Shown here: positions 14,659-23,347 of the stretch, piece after piece
Position numbering within the stretch: the stretch's first letter is position 1
Layout: every line of letters begins with the position of its first letter
Source of the DNA: Horticoccus luteus
GTDB taxonomy: Bacteria; Verrucomicrobiota; Verrucomicrobiia; Opitutales; Opitutaceae
Reading direction: 5' to 3'
Length of the DNA: 32,000 nucleotides
Assembly: GCF_019464535.1 (NCBI RefSeq)
Contig: NZ_CP080507.1
Location: 2,130,001-2,162,000, forward strand
The notes under the pieces: model-generated
Seen by the model: the letters and a program-made list of their open reading frames with translations, nothing else
The model's database searches: none
Told to the model about the DNA's origin: nothing
Translations under genes and position numbers: made by a program

Positions 14659-17505
14659 ATGGCGCAAGAACTCAAAGACACCCTGTTGCTTCCGAAGACG
14701 GATTTCCCCATGCGGGCAAATCTCGTGCAACGCGAGCCGGGGCGAATTGCGCATTGGGACAAGCTCGGACTTTACAACCGCATCCAGCAAAACCGCGCCG
14801 GCCGCCCCGCTTACGTTTTGCACGACGGCCCTCCGTTCACCAACGGCGACGTGCACATCGGCACGGCGTTGAACAAATCGCTCAAGGACTTCGTCAATCG
14901 CTACAAGTCCATGCGCGGTTTCCGCACGCCTTACGTCCCAGGCTGGGATTGCCACGGCTTGCCCATCGAGCAAAAAGTTTCGCGGGAAGTCCAAGAGCAA
15001 AAACTCCAGCTCTCCACCGGCGAATTGCGGGCGAAGTGCGACGCATTTTCGGAAGGCTGGATCGCCAAACAAACCACGCAATTCAAGCGCGTCGGCGTGC
15101 TCGCCGACTGGGCGCATGAATACAAGACGAAGGCGCCCGCGTTCGAAGCCGATGTCCTGCGCACCTTCGCCTCCTTCGTTGAACAAGGGCTCGTTTACCG
15201 CAGCAAGAAACCCGTTTACTGGTCCATCCCCTTTGAGACCGCCCTCGCGGAAGCGGAAATCGAATACAAGGACCACGTCTCGCCTTCCATCTGGGTAAAG
15301 TTCGCCGTCCCCGCCGCCGAAGCCGCGAAATTCGGTCTGCCCGCGGACAAACCGCTGTTCGTCGTCATCTGGACGACCACTCCCTGGACGATTCCCGCGA
15401 ACCTCGCGATCGCCGTGCACCCCGACGTGGACTACGTCGTTGCTGATCTCGGCGCCGAACGCATCCTCGTGGCGGGCGCTTTGCTGGGCGCCGTCGCCAG
15501 CGCCGCCAAACTGGAAACGCCTCCCGCGGTCGTGCACACCGTCAAAGGCGCCGTCTTGGAGCACCTCGCGACACGCCATCCCTTCATCGACCGCGCTTCG
15601 CCGGTCGTGCTCGCCGACTACGTCACGACGGAAAGCGGCACCGGCTGCGTGCACACCGCACCGGGCCACGGCGCGGAGGACTATCAGACCGGTCTGCGCT
15701 ACAAACTCGAAATTTACTGCCCCGTGGGCGACGACGGTCGGTATCTCGACGACGGCAAAGTGCCCGCCGATCTGGTCGGCCTGACCACGCTCGAGAGCGT
15801 CGACGATCTCGCCGCCAAACGCACCTCGCCCGCCAACATCGGCGTGTTGAAAAAACTGGACGCCGCCGGCGCGCTGCTCGCCAAGCAACGCTACCCGCAC
15901 TCTTATCCCCATTGCTGGCGGTCGAAGACGCCGATCATATTTCGCGCGGTGGACCAGTGGTTTGTCTCACTCGACCAAGCTGGCCATCGGGCTCTCGCCC
16001 TCGCCGAAATCGACAAGATCGCCGCCGCCAACGGCTGGATTCCCGCGTGGGGCGAGGCTCGCATCCGCGGCGCGGTGGAATCGCGCCCCGATTGGTGCAT
16101 CAGCCGCCAACGCGCGTGGGGAGTGCCCATCCCGGCATTTTACGACGCGAAGAAAAAAGCGTTTCTCGACGCAGCTGTGGCGCGGGCCGTCGCCGACAAG
16201 ATCGCCGTTCGCGGGACCAATTTCTGGTATGACGCGTCTGCCGCCGAAATCCTCGACGGCGTCGCCCTGCCCGCCGGCTGGCCCGCACCCGCCGACTTGG
16301 TCTGCGGACGCGACACGCTGGATGTCTGGATCGATTCCGGTTCCACCCAGGCCGCGGTCCTTAAGCGCGGTCAAGGCGGCACGCACTGGCCCGCTGATCT
16401 TTATCTCGAGGGCAGCGATCAACACCGCGGCTGGTTCCAATCTTCGCTTTGGTGCAGCGTGATCAACTGGGGCGCCGCCCCCTACCGGGCGGTGCTCACC
16501 CACGGCTTCATCGTCGACAAAAACCGGCAGAAGATTTCGAAGAGCTCCACTTACCAGAAGCCGCAGACCGCCGAAGCCTACATCAAGGATCACGGCGCCG
16601 ACGTTATCCGCCTGTGGATCGCCTCGCAGGATTTTCGCGACGACATCCCGGTTGATGAGGAAATCCTCAAGCACGTCGGCGAGGCGTATCGCCTCTTCCG
16701 TAACACGTTCCGCTTCCAGCTTTCCAACCTGTTCGACTTCGACGCCGCGCAGCACGCCGTGCCGGTCTCCGCCATGGACGCGCTCGACCGCTGGGCGCTT
16801 CATCAAACGGCCACGCTGCTCGCCGAGTGCACCAAAGCCTATGACGCGTTTGAATTCCACCGCGTCTACCAGCTCTGCAACCAGTTCTGTTCGGTGACAC
16901 TTTCAGCCACGTATCACGACATCCTGAAGGATCGCCTTTACACGCTCGGCGCCGCGCATCCCCTGCGCCGTTCCTCGCAAACGGCCCTCGACCTCATCTT
17001 CCGCACGCTCGTGAAGATTCTCGCACCCGTGTTGACCTTCACCGCTGACGAAGCGTGGAGTTACGCCACGGCGGGCGCCGAATACGTCGATCATTCCATC
17101 CACCTGGAGGACTGGCCGGTTGCGCCAACAGAGTGGCACAATCCCGCCCTCGATGCGGAGTTTGCCGCGCTCTTGCGCGTGCGCGCCCAAGTCAATGAAG
17201 CCATCGAGCCGTTGCGCGCCGCCGGGCGTTTGGGCAAGTCATTGGATGCGGCCATCGCGCTTTCCGGTCCCGCCGACGAGACGCACCGCGTGCTCGAGCA
17301 TCATCGGGACTTTCTCCCCGAACTTTTCATCGTGTCCCATGTCACGCTCACCCGCGCTGCCGGCGACGTTTCCGACGTTGCCGTCCGCCCGAGCAGCGAG
17401 CTTGGCCATGATCGCTGCCCGCGCTGCTGGCGCTGGGTGCCTTCTCTTGAATCCAGTCCTCACGGTCCCGTGTGTCCGCGTTGTGCCGGAGCCTTGTCGT
17501 CGTAA
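14659..17505 (+). CDS. ileS: Isoleucine--tRNA ligase (type 1, C-terminal Zn-finger)
   Basis: 948 aa, MAQELKDTLLLPKTDFPMRANLVQREP.... It has a HIGH-type motif (GDVHIGTALNK), a KMSKS-type motif (KISKSS), a CP1 editing domain and C-terminal CPRCWRW...CPRC. Confidence 0.96.
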   Translation: MAQELKDTLLLPKTDFPMRANLVQREPGRIAHWDKLGLYNRIQQNRAGRPAYVLHDGPPFTNGDVHIGTALNKSLKDFVNRYKSMRGFRTPYVPGWDCHGLPIEQKVSREVQEQKLQLSTGELRAKCDAFSEGWIAKQTTQFKRVGVLADWAHEYKTKAPAFEADVLRTFASFVEQGLVYRSKKPVYWSIPFETALAEAEIEYKDHVSPSIWVKFAVPAAEAAKFGLPADKPLFVVIWTTTPWTIPANLAIAVHPDVDYVVADLGAERILVAGALLGAVASAAKLETPPAVVHTVKGAVLEHLATRHPFIDRASPVVLADYVTTESGTGCVHTAPGHGAEDYQTGLRYKLEIYCPVGDDGRYLDDGKVPADLVGLTTLESVDDLAAKRTSPANIGVLKKLDAAGALLAKQRYPHSYPHCWRSKTPIIFRAVDQWFVSLDQAGHRALALAEIDKIAAANGWIPAWGEARIRGAVESRPDWCISRQRAWGVPIPAFYDAKKKAFLDAAVARAVADKIAVRGTNFWYDASAAEILDGVALPAGWPAPADLVCGRDTLDVWIDSGSTQAAVLKRGQGGTHWPADLYLEGSDQHRGWFQSSLWCSVINWGAAPYRAVLTHGFIVDKNRQKISKSSTYQKPQTAEAYIKDHGADVIRLWIASQDFRDDIPVDEEILKHVGEAYRLFRNTFRFQLSNLFDFDAAQHAVPVSAMDALDRWALHQTATLLAECTKAYDAFEFHRVYQLCNQFCSVTLSATYHDILKDRLYTLGAAHPLRRSSQTALDLIFRTLVKILAPVLTFTADEAWSYATAGAEYVDHSIHLEDWPVAPTEWHNPALDAEFAALLRVRAQVNEAIEPLRAAGRLGKSLDAAIALSGPADETHRVLEHHRDFLPELFIVSHVTLTRAAGDVSDVAVRPSSELGHDRCPRCWRWVPSLESSPHGPVCPRCAGALSS

Positions 17506-17531
17506 ACCCAGCCTCACCCCCCAGACTCCCC

Positions 17532-18434
17532 ATGGCTAAGAAAAAACGCCCCGCCAAAGCCAAAACGAAAGCAGCCCGCCGCACACCTCCCAAGGTGCGC
17601 AAGCCCGCGAAAAAGCCGGTCGCCGCCAAGCGCCGTCCGGCCGCTCCGCCGGCCAAGCCGGCCCGACGTCCCTCAACCATGGAAAAACCCTCTAAGAAAT
17701 CTGTTCTGCGCGATAGCATTCTCGCCCGCAAAACCGCGAAACCAATCGCGTTTAGCCTCGATGAAGTGCGGGCCATCGCGAAGACCAATGTGCCCAAGGC
17801 CGACACGGGCGCTGCGGAAAAGGTCACCGCCAAGGCCAGCGCCGCGAAGGCCGCGGCCGCCGCTCCGCTGGCGAAACCGGCCAAGCCCAATCACGTGAAA
17901 GCGGCCTCGCTGAGCGATATTCTGGGCTTCAACCCGAAGAAAGGCAGCGCGCCGGCCACCTTGTCCGACGAAGAAGTGCCGGAGAAATTCCGCCGCTACT
18001 ACCGCCTGCTGATTGATCTCCGGAAGAGCCTGACCGAAGGCATCGAACTGCACTCGGAAGAGACGCTTAAACGCTCCGCCAAGGAGGATTCGGGAGACCT
18101 TTCCAGCTACGGCCAGCACATGGCCGACGCCGGCACCGACACCTTTGACCGCGACTTCGCGCTCAGCCTGGTGTCCAGCGAACAGGAAGCGCTTTCCGAA
18201 ATCGATGCGGCCATCAAACGCATCCGCGAGGGCACCTACGGCATTTGCGAAGTCACGCAGAAGCCCATTGCCAAGGAGCGCCTCCTCGCCGTGCCCTTCA
18301 CCCGCTACTCCGCGGAAGCGCAGAAAAATATTGAGCGCAACCGCCACCGCACCCGCACGCAGGCCGGCCTGCTCGGCGAGCTGGGCGAAGAAGGCAGCAA
18401 GATGCGCGACGACGACGGCGGCGGCGAGGATTGA
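17532..18434 (+). CDS. DksA/TraR-family protein lacking the C4 zinc finger, with a ~150-aa Lys/Ala/Pro-rich (histone H1/AlgP-like) N-terminal tail
   Basis: The ATG at 17532 lies 26 nt after the ileS stop and gives MAKKKRPAKAKTKAARRTPPKVRKPAKKPVAAKRRPAAPPAKPARR.... The C-terminal part (HMADAGTDTFDRDFALSLVSSEQEALSEIDAAIKRIREGTYGICEVTQKPIAKERLLAVPFTRYSAEAQ) aligns with the DksA coiled-coil tip and globular region. Only one Cys is present where four are usual. Confidence 0.8.
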   Translation: MAKKKRPAKAKTKAARRTPPKVRKPAKKPVAAKRRPAAPPAKPARRPSTMEKPSKKSVLRDSILARKTAKPIAFSLDEVRAIAKTNVPKADTGAAEKVTAKASAAKAAAAAPLAKPAKPNHVKAASLSDILGFNPKKGSAPATLSDEEVPEKFRRYYRLLIDLRKSLTEGIELHSEETLKRSAKEDSGDLSSYGQHMADAGTDTFDRDFALSLVSSEQEALSEIDAAIKRIREGTYGICEVTQKPIAKERLLAVPFTRYSAEAQKNIERNRHRTRTQAGLLGELGEEGSKMRDDDGGGED

Positions 18435-18991
18435 GCACAACCCCGACGCCGCCCGCAGTTCCCACCACGCCGCCTCCGGCTGAGGCGCCCGCGTTGGCGG
18501 TGCCACGTTGGCGGCGCGTGCTCAGCTACCGCGTTCTGTGGCTGGTCGCGTTAAGCGTCTTCGTGGCCGATCAACTCACCAAGAGCTGGATCGCGTCCAC
18601 GTTGCCGCTCGGGACTTACGGGCCCCGATCGGCCATCACCGTCGTTTCCGGATTCTTCTATCTGGTTCACGTCGGCAACACCGGAGCCGCGTGGAGCTTG
18701 TTCTCCGGCCAAAGCGTGGTCCTCGCCCTCCTCGCGGCCGCCACGCTGGTCGCCATCTTTTTCTGGCGGCGCGCGCTCGGTCTCCGCGATCGCACACAGC
18801 AAGTCTGCTTCGGTCTGCTGTGTGGCGGCATCACCGGCAACCTCGTCGATCGCTTGAGGCACAAACACGTCATCGACTTCCTCGATTTCCACTTTGGCAC
18901 CTACGTGTATCCCACGTTCAACGTGGCCGATATTGGTATCTGCATCGGCGTCGTGCTCTACCTCTGGCACTCGTTCCGCACGACGGACTGA
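18431..18991 (+). CDS. lspA: Lipoprotein signal peptidase (signal peptidase II)
   Basis: 186 aa carrying LVHVGNTGAAWSLFSG and VIDFLDFHFGTYVYPTFNVADIGICIGVVL, the catalytic Asp regions of LspA. The track start is a TTG that overlaps the upstream stop (TTGA). A GTG near 18501 is an alternative start and would remove a Pro-rich 23-aa extension. Confidence 0.9.
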   Translation: MSTTPTPPAVPTTPPPAEAPALAVPRWRRVLSYRVLWLVALSVFVADQLTKSWIASTLPLGTYGPRSAITVVSGFFYLVHVGNTGAAWSLFSGQSVVLALLAAATLVAIFFWRRALGLRDRTQQVCFGLLCGGITGNLVDRLRHKHVIDFLDFHFGTYVYPTFNVADIGICIGVVLYLWHSFRTTD

Positions 18992-19054
18992 AGGAGTTCC
19001 GCCCCCGCGCCGGGCGCGCCTGCCGCTCGGCACCGCGCAGCTTGGAAGGCGCGA

Positions 19055-19927
19055 CTACTCGACGTTGGCGATCTGCTCGCGAATCCGCTCGAGCTCGTTC
19101 TTCAGTTCAATGACGTGACGCGCGATCGTGAGATCGTTGGCTTTGCTGCCCATCGTGTGCACTTCACGACCCATTTCCTGCAGAATAAATTCAGCTTTGC
19201 GCCCAATCTCGCCGTGTGACTTGAGCAACCCTGCGAACTGATCCGCATGACTGCGAAAACGCGTGATCTCCTCGCTGATGTCGCACCGATCGGCAAATAG
19301 CGCGATTTCCTTCAACACCCGTTCGTCCGCCAGATTCAGTTCCAGCCCGGCGTCGCGCAACCGCTTCATGAGCAAGTCGCGATAGTTCACCGGCACTTCC
19401 GGCGCCCGCGCTGCAATCGCCTCCACGTGATCTCGCAGCAACGCCAGCCGCTGCGCAAAGTCTGCCAGCAACGTCTCGCCCTCCGTCGCACGCATCGCCA
19501 CAAAATCGCGCAACGCCTCTTCCAGCGCCGCCAGCAACAACGGTCGCGCGGCATCGACGGTCGGCAGACGCGCGGTGCGGCGCTGCGAATTGGCCACCTG
19601 CCACAAAAGCTCGGCGGACGGTTGAAACGCCACGCCCTGCTGCGCGGCGAACCGGCCAAGGCGCTCGATCACCGCCTGCGCCGCCGTCTCGTCCCATACC
19701 CATTCGCTGGCACTGCCGCCGCCGGTTATTTCGAAATCGACATGCACTTTTCCCCGCGTCGCACAATTCCTCACCCGCTGCATCACGTCCGGCTCCAGCG
19801 ACTCCCACTCATCCGGCAGCGAGACCGTGAGATCCAGCGTCTTGCGGTTTACGGCGCTGACCTGCACCGTCACCGTGCTGTTTTCCACCGCGGCGGCTGC
19901 GCGGCCATATCCGGTCATGCTGTTCAT
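19055..19927 (-). CDS. yicC: YicC/YloC family stress-induced protein (endoribonuclease family)
   Basis: 290 aa. The N-terminus is [10 protein letters not shown] and the C-terminus is [45 protein letters not shown]. Both are hallmark YicC N- and C-terminal domains. Confidence 0.9.
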   Translation of the reverse strand: MNSMTGYGRAAAAVENSTVTVQVSAVNRKTLDLTVSLPDEWESLEPDVMQRVRNCATRGKVHVDFEITGGGSASEWVWDETAAQAVIERLGRFAAQQGVAFQPSAELLWQVANSQRRTARLPTVDAARPLLLAALEEALRDFVAMRATEGETLLADFAQRLALLRDHVEAIAARAPEVPVNYRDLLMKRLRDAGLELNLADERVLKEIALFADRCDISEEITRFRSHADQFAGLLKSHGEIGRKAEFILQEMGREVHTMGSKANDLTIARHVIELKNELERIREQIANVE

Positions 19928-21153
19928 GCCTTCGTTTTCTCCAGCAACGCGGCGACCTGCTGCACATCTTTATCGCCGCGGCCGGAAAGCCCGATCACGA
20001 CGACTTTATCCGGCCCGAGGTCGCGCGCTCGCTTCAAGCCAAACGCCAAGGCGTGCGTCGACTCGAGCGCCGGGATGATGCCCTCCTGCCGCGAGCACAG
20101 TTGAAACGCCTCCATCACTTCCGCGTCCGTCGCGTAGCCGAATTCGATCCGCCCGCGATCCCGATAGAAAGCGTGCTCCGGTCCCACCGCGGCGTAATCG
20201 AGTCCCGCCGAAACGGAGTGCGTCAGCTCGATCTGTCCTTCCGCATCTTGCAGCAGAAAGGTTTTGCACCCTTGCAACACCCCCAGCCGGCCTCCGGCGA
20301 AACGCGCGGCGTGCTCCCCTCGCTTGATGCCTCTGCCACCGGCTTCCACGCCAAACAATCGCACGCCCGGATCCTCCAGAAATTCGAAGAACAACCCGAT
20401 CGCATTGCTGCCTCCACCGACGCACGCGACCATTTCGTCCGGCAGCCGGCCTTCGCGCGCGAGCAATTGCTCCTTGGCCTCGAGCCCAATCACCCGATGA
20501 AAATCGCGCACCATCATCGGATACGGATGCGCGCCGTAAGCGGTGCCGAGAATATAGTGCGTGTGCCGCACATTCGTCACCCAGTCGCGCATCGCTTCAT
20601 TGATCGCTTCCTTCAACGTCTTCTGCCCCGCCTCGACGCCCACGACCGTGGCGCCCATCAGTCGCATGCGAAACACGTTCAACGCCTGGCGCTCCATATC
20701 GTGCGCGCCCATGTAGATCACGCATTCGAGGCCGAACTTCGCGCAGACGCTCGCCGTCGCGACACCGTGCTGTCCCGCCCCCGTTTCCGCGATGATCCGC
20801 TTTTTCCCCATGCGTCGCGCGAGCAACGCCTGCGCGAGCGCGTTGTTGATTTTGTGCGCCCCGGTGTGCAGCAGATCCTCGCGCTTGAAATAGATTTTCG
20901 CGCCTCCGACGTGCGCCGTCAGCCGTTCGGCGAAGTAGAGCTCGGTGGGGCGCCCCGCGAACTCCTTCAAATGGTGCCGCAACTCCGCTTGAAAGCCGGG
21001 ATCGTCGCGCGCGACCAGATAAGCCGCGGTTAATTCCGCCAACGCCGTCATCAACGTCTCCGGCACAAACGTGCCGCCATAACGTCCGAAATGCCCCCCG
21101 GCATCGGGCAGCGAGAAACGGTCGAGAGGCGGCGTGGAAGAAGCAGCGGACAT
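19924..21153 (-). CDS. trpB: Tryptophan synthase beta chain
   Basis: 409 aa with the PLP-lysine block [41 protein letters not shown] and [10 protein letters not shown]. Its stop overlaps the yicC start by 4 nt (ATGA). Confidence 0.95.
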   Translation of the reverse strand: MSAASSTPPLDRFSLPDAGGHFGRYGGTFVPETLMTALAELTAAYLVARDDPGFQAELRHHLKEFAGRPTELYFAERLTAHVGGAKIYFKREDLLHTGAHKINNALAQALLARRMGKKRIIAETGAGQHGVATASVCAKFGLECVIYMGAHDMERQALNVFRMRLMGATVVGVEAGQKTLKEAINEAMRDWVTNVRHTHYILGTAYGAHPYPMMVRDFHRVIGLEAKEQLLAREGRLPDEMVACVGGGSNAIGLFFEFLEDPGVRLFGVEAGGRGIKRGEHAARFAGGRLGVLQGCKTFLLQDAEGQIELTHSVSAGLDYAAVGPEHAFYRDRGRIEFGYATDAEVMEAFQLCSRQEGIIPALESTHALAFGLKRARDLGPDKVVVIGLSGRGDKDVQQVAALLEKTKA

Positions 21154-21235
21154 GGGCTGGCGAACGTGAGTCTCTCCCCGATGCGACGCAAACCGCTTTT
21201 CGCGTTGCGCCGCGCCTCCGCCGCCCCGGCGCGAG

Positions 21236-22672
21236 TCAGCTCCGTCGGAGCGTCACCACGGTGAGATCATCGCGTTGTGGCTCGCCGGCCGTGAAACGCG
21301 CCACGATCTCGATCAAGCCATCGTTGATTTCCGCGGCCGGGCGCGTGTGCAACGCATTGACGGCGTCGAGCAGACGCGGCGCCGCGAACTCCTTTTGCTC
21401 CGGGTTCGGCGCCTCCGTGATCCCGTCCGTGTAGAGCATGAACACATCACCCGGGCGGAACGACTCGCGCCGATCCGCGATCACCCCGGCAAACAATTCG
21501 TCCGGCACCATGCCCACCGGCATGCCTTCGGAGCCGACGAATTCGCTGCGCGCCACGCCAGTGGCATCTCGCCGGCAAAGCAACGGCAACTCATGTCCCG
21601 CGCGCGCGAAAACCACGTCGTTTTGAACGGCATCGATGACCGCATACACCAGCGTGATGAACATCCCGCGCAGCACTTCCGCGCCCAGCGTGCGGTTCAA
21701 CTCCACCAGCGCCGCCGCCGGCGAAATGTGCCGCGGCGCGATCTGCCGCAGGTTTGTCCGGCAGATCGCCATCAACAGCGACGCAGGAATGCCCTTGCCC
21801 GATACGTCCGCGACCGCCACGCCGAGCCGCTGGGCGTCGAGCGGGATCAAGTCGTAGAAGTCGCCGCCCACTTTCTGTGCCGGCGTGTAGCGCGCGTCGA
21901 CCTCCAGCCCCGCGATCTGGGGAAACGCCCTCGGCAGCAACATCTGCTGGATGCCGCTCGCGAGCGAGAGATCGAGATCCAGCTGCTTTTTCTCGATCTG
22001 GTAGTGCAGAAACTCCGCGTTGTGCAACGCGAGCGCCGCCTGCTCAGCCAGCGATTGCATCAATGAGAAATCCGTTTCCGTAAACGGCTCTCCGTCGGCC
22101 GAGTTCGCCACCGCAAGCACGCCGAAAAACCGGTCGCGAAACTGCAACGGCACCGCGATCACCGAGCGCACTTTGAGCGCCAGATCGTCGTGCCGCACGA
22201 CGCGCGGATCCACCGCTGCATCGGCAACGAGCTGGCCCCGCCCCGTCTGAATCACCGCCCCGACGATGCCTTCGTTGTCGGGAAAAGTCTCCGCCCTCAG
22301 CACCTGCTCGATGAAGCGCGCGCGCGTCGCGAGCTTCGCCCGATCGGTCACGTCAAGGGGCCGATGGGGAGGAAACAACCCTTCCACCGCCGCCGTGCGC
22401 ACGCGCCCGGCCTCCGTGCGTTCAAAGAGGCACGCACTCAACGCGCCCGAGCATAGGATCGCGGCGTGCACCACGCGCTGATGCAACTCCGCCGGACTCA
22501 ATCCCTCGCCCAGCGCCTCGACCATGTGATGCATGAAATCCACCACCTGCTGGCGTTCCTGCGTCACCTGCTGCTTTTCCTCTTCAATGCGCTCCGTTTG
22601 GCGGCGGGCCCGATACATCGACCACAGCAAAGGCACTGCGCCGATCAAGATACCGATAAAAACCAGAAGCAT
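21236..22672 (-). CDS. Membrane-anchored GAF-domain PP2C (SpoIIE/RsbU-type) serine phosphatase
   Basis: 478 aa. It has an N-terminal TM helix ([17 protein letters not shown]), a central GAF-like region and a C-terminal PPM block ([39 protein letters not shown]). Confidence 0.85.
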   Translation of the reverse strand: MLLVFIGILIGAVPLLWSMYRARRQTERIEEEKQQVTQERQQVVDFMHHMVEALGEGLSPAELHQRVVHAAILCSGALSACLFERTEAGRVRTAAVEGLFPPHRPLDVTDRAKLATRARFIEQVLRAETFPDNEGIVGAVIQTGRGQLVADAAVDPRVVRHDDLALKVRSVIAVPLQFRDRFFGVLAVANSADGEPFTETDFSLMQSLAEQAALALHNAEFLHYQIEKKQLDLDLSLASGIQQMLLPRAFPQIAGLEVDARYTPAQKVGGDFYDLIPLDAQRLGVAVADVSGKGIPASLLMAICRTNLRQIAPRHISPAAALVELNRTLGAEVLRGMFITLVYAVIDAVQNDVVFARAGHELPLLCRRDATGVARSEFVGSEGMPVGMVPDELFAGVIADRRESFRPGDVFMLYTDGITEAPNPEQKEFAAPRLLDAVNALHTRPAAEINDGLIEIVARFTAGEPQRDDLTVVTLRRS

Positions 22673-22753
22673 GGAAGGGTTGATTTGGCACGGCCGCGCG
22701 CCGGCGGCAATGGCCGAATGTCGCGTCCGGTTACGCGTGCGCCCGCCGAGCGG

Positions 22754-23260
22754 TCAGTGTCCGTCGACGCGGTTCTTGAGGAACGTTAAAACGTCCTGAA
22801 ATTTCGCGCGGTTGTGTTCGTCGGCCGCCACGAGGTTTTCGTGCGCTTCCAGCACCAAGCGGGCGTTCTCAAGTTCCGAACGCTCGCCGCAGGCGAGAGC
22901 GCGGTCGCAATCGTCGAAATTGAGGCCGCCTTCCGGTGCGTCGACGGTCAGGAGCCGGTGCAAACCGAGGTTGCGAATCAACTCCAGGTTGCGCGGCCCG
23001 AGGCGCACGAGCACGAAACTCGCGTCGGGTTGCTTCCGCAGTTCCAGTGCCGCGCCCGCCAGCACGCCGAGAAAGGTGCTGTCCATGCTCGTGCAATGCA
23101 GGAAGTCCAACACGAAACGCCGCCGGCCTTGCCGCACCATTTCCGTCACAAAATCGCGCAGGCAGGCGCTGTTTTGAAACGAGGCTCGTCCCTCGATGCG
23201 CACGACGACCGGATCGGCGTGAGCGTCGACCAGATAGACAGGTTTGCCAGTGTCGGGCAT
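22754..23260 (-). CDS. STAS-domain protein (anti-sigma-factor-antagonist-like) with a ~55-aa C-terminal extension
   Basis: An internal ATG at 23260 gives MPDTGKPVYLVDAHADPVVVRIEGRASFQNSACLRDFVTEMVRQGRRRFVLDFLHCTSMDSTFLGVLAG..., which has the STAS topology and includes the conserved DS(T) phospho-site region. The upstream 17 track codons are hydrophobic and low-complexity, and they encroach on the acnA terminator. Confidence 0.75.
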   Translation of the reverse strand: MPDTGKPVYLVDAHADPVVVRIEGRASFQNSACLRDFVTEMVRQGRRRFVLDFLHCTSMDSTFLGVLAGAALELRKQPDASFVLVRLGPRNLELIRNLGLHRLLTVDAPEGGLNFDDCDRALACGERSELENARLVLEAHENLVAADEHNRAKFQDVLTFLKNRVDGH

Positions 23261-23284
23261 CGATGGAGTATCGGCGAACGCGAT

Positions 23285-23324
23285 GAAAACGCAAAAGCGG
23301 ACGGCGACCATCGCGCCGACCGCT
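23285..23324 (-). terminator. Rho-independent terminator downstream of acnA
   Basis: On the minus strand, starting 23 nt after the acnA stop, is a hairpin AGCGGUCGGCG-cgauggu-CGCCGUCCGCU. It has 5 + 5 bp around one U.U mismatch and a 7-nt loop (23296-23324). UUUGCGUUUUC follows immediately (23285-23295). Confidence 0.6.
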
Positions 23325-23347
23325 TCGGCTGTCGAGACCTACACGCG

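Noticed and set aside
14449-16860. Minus-strand ORFs 14449-15912 (487 aa) and 15967-16860 (297 aa)
   Set aside because: They are antisense to the unambiguous ileS gene and have shadow-ORF composition. The first also runs through the structured intergenic RNA element.
18992-19054. GC-rich palindromes (CGCGCC-G-GGCGCG, and CGCGCCT...AGGCGCG) between the convergent lspA and yicC genes, considered as a bidirectional terminator
   Set aside because: The loops are either too short or very long, and there is no flanking T- or A-tract. Palindromes like this are expected by chance at this GC content.
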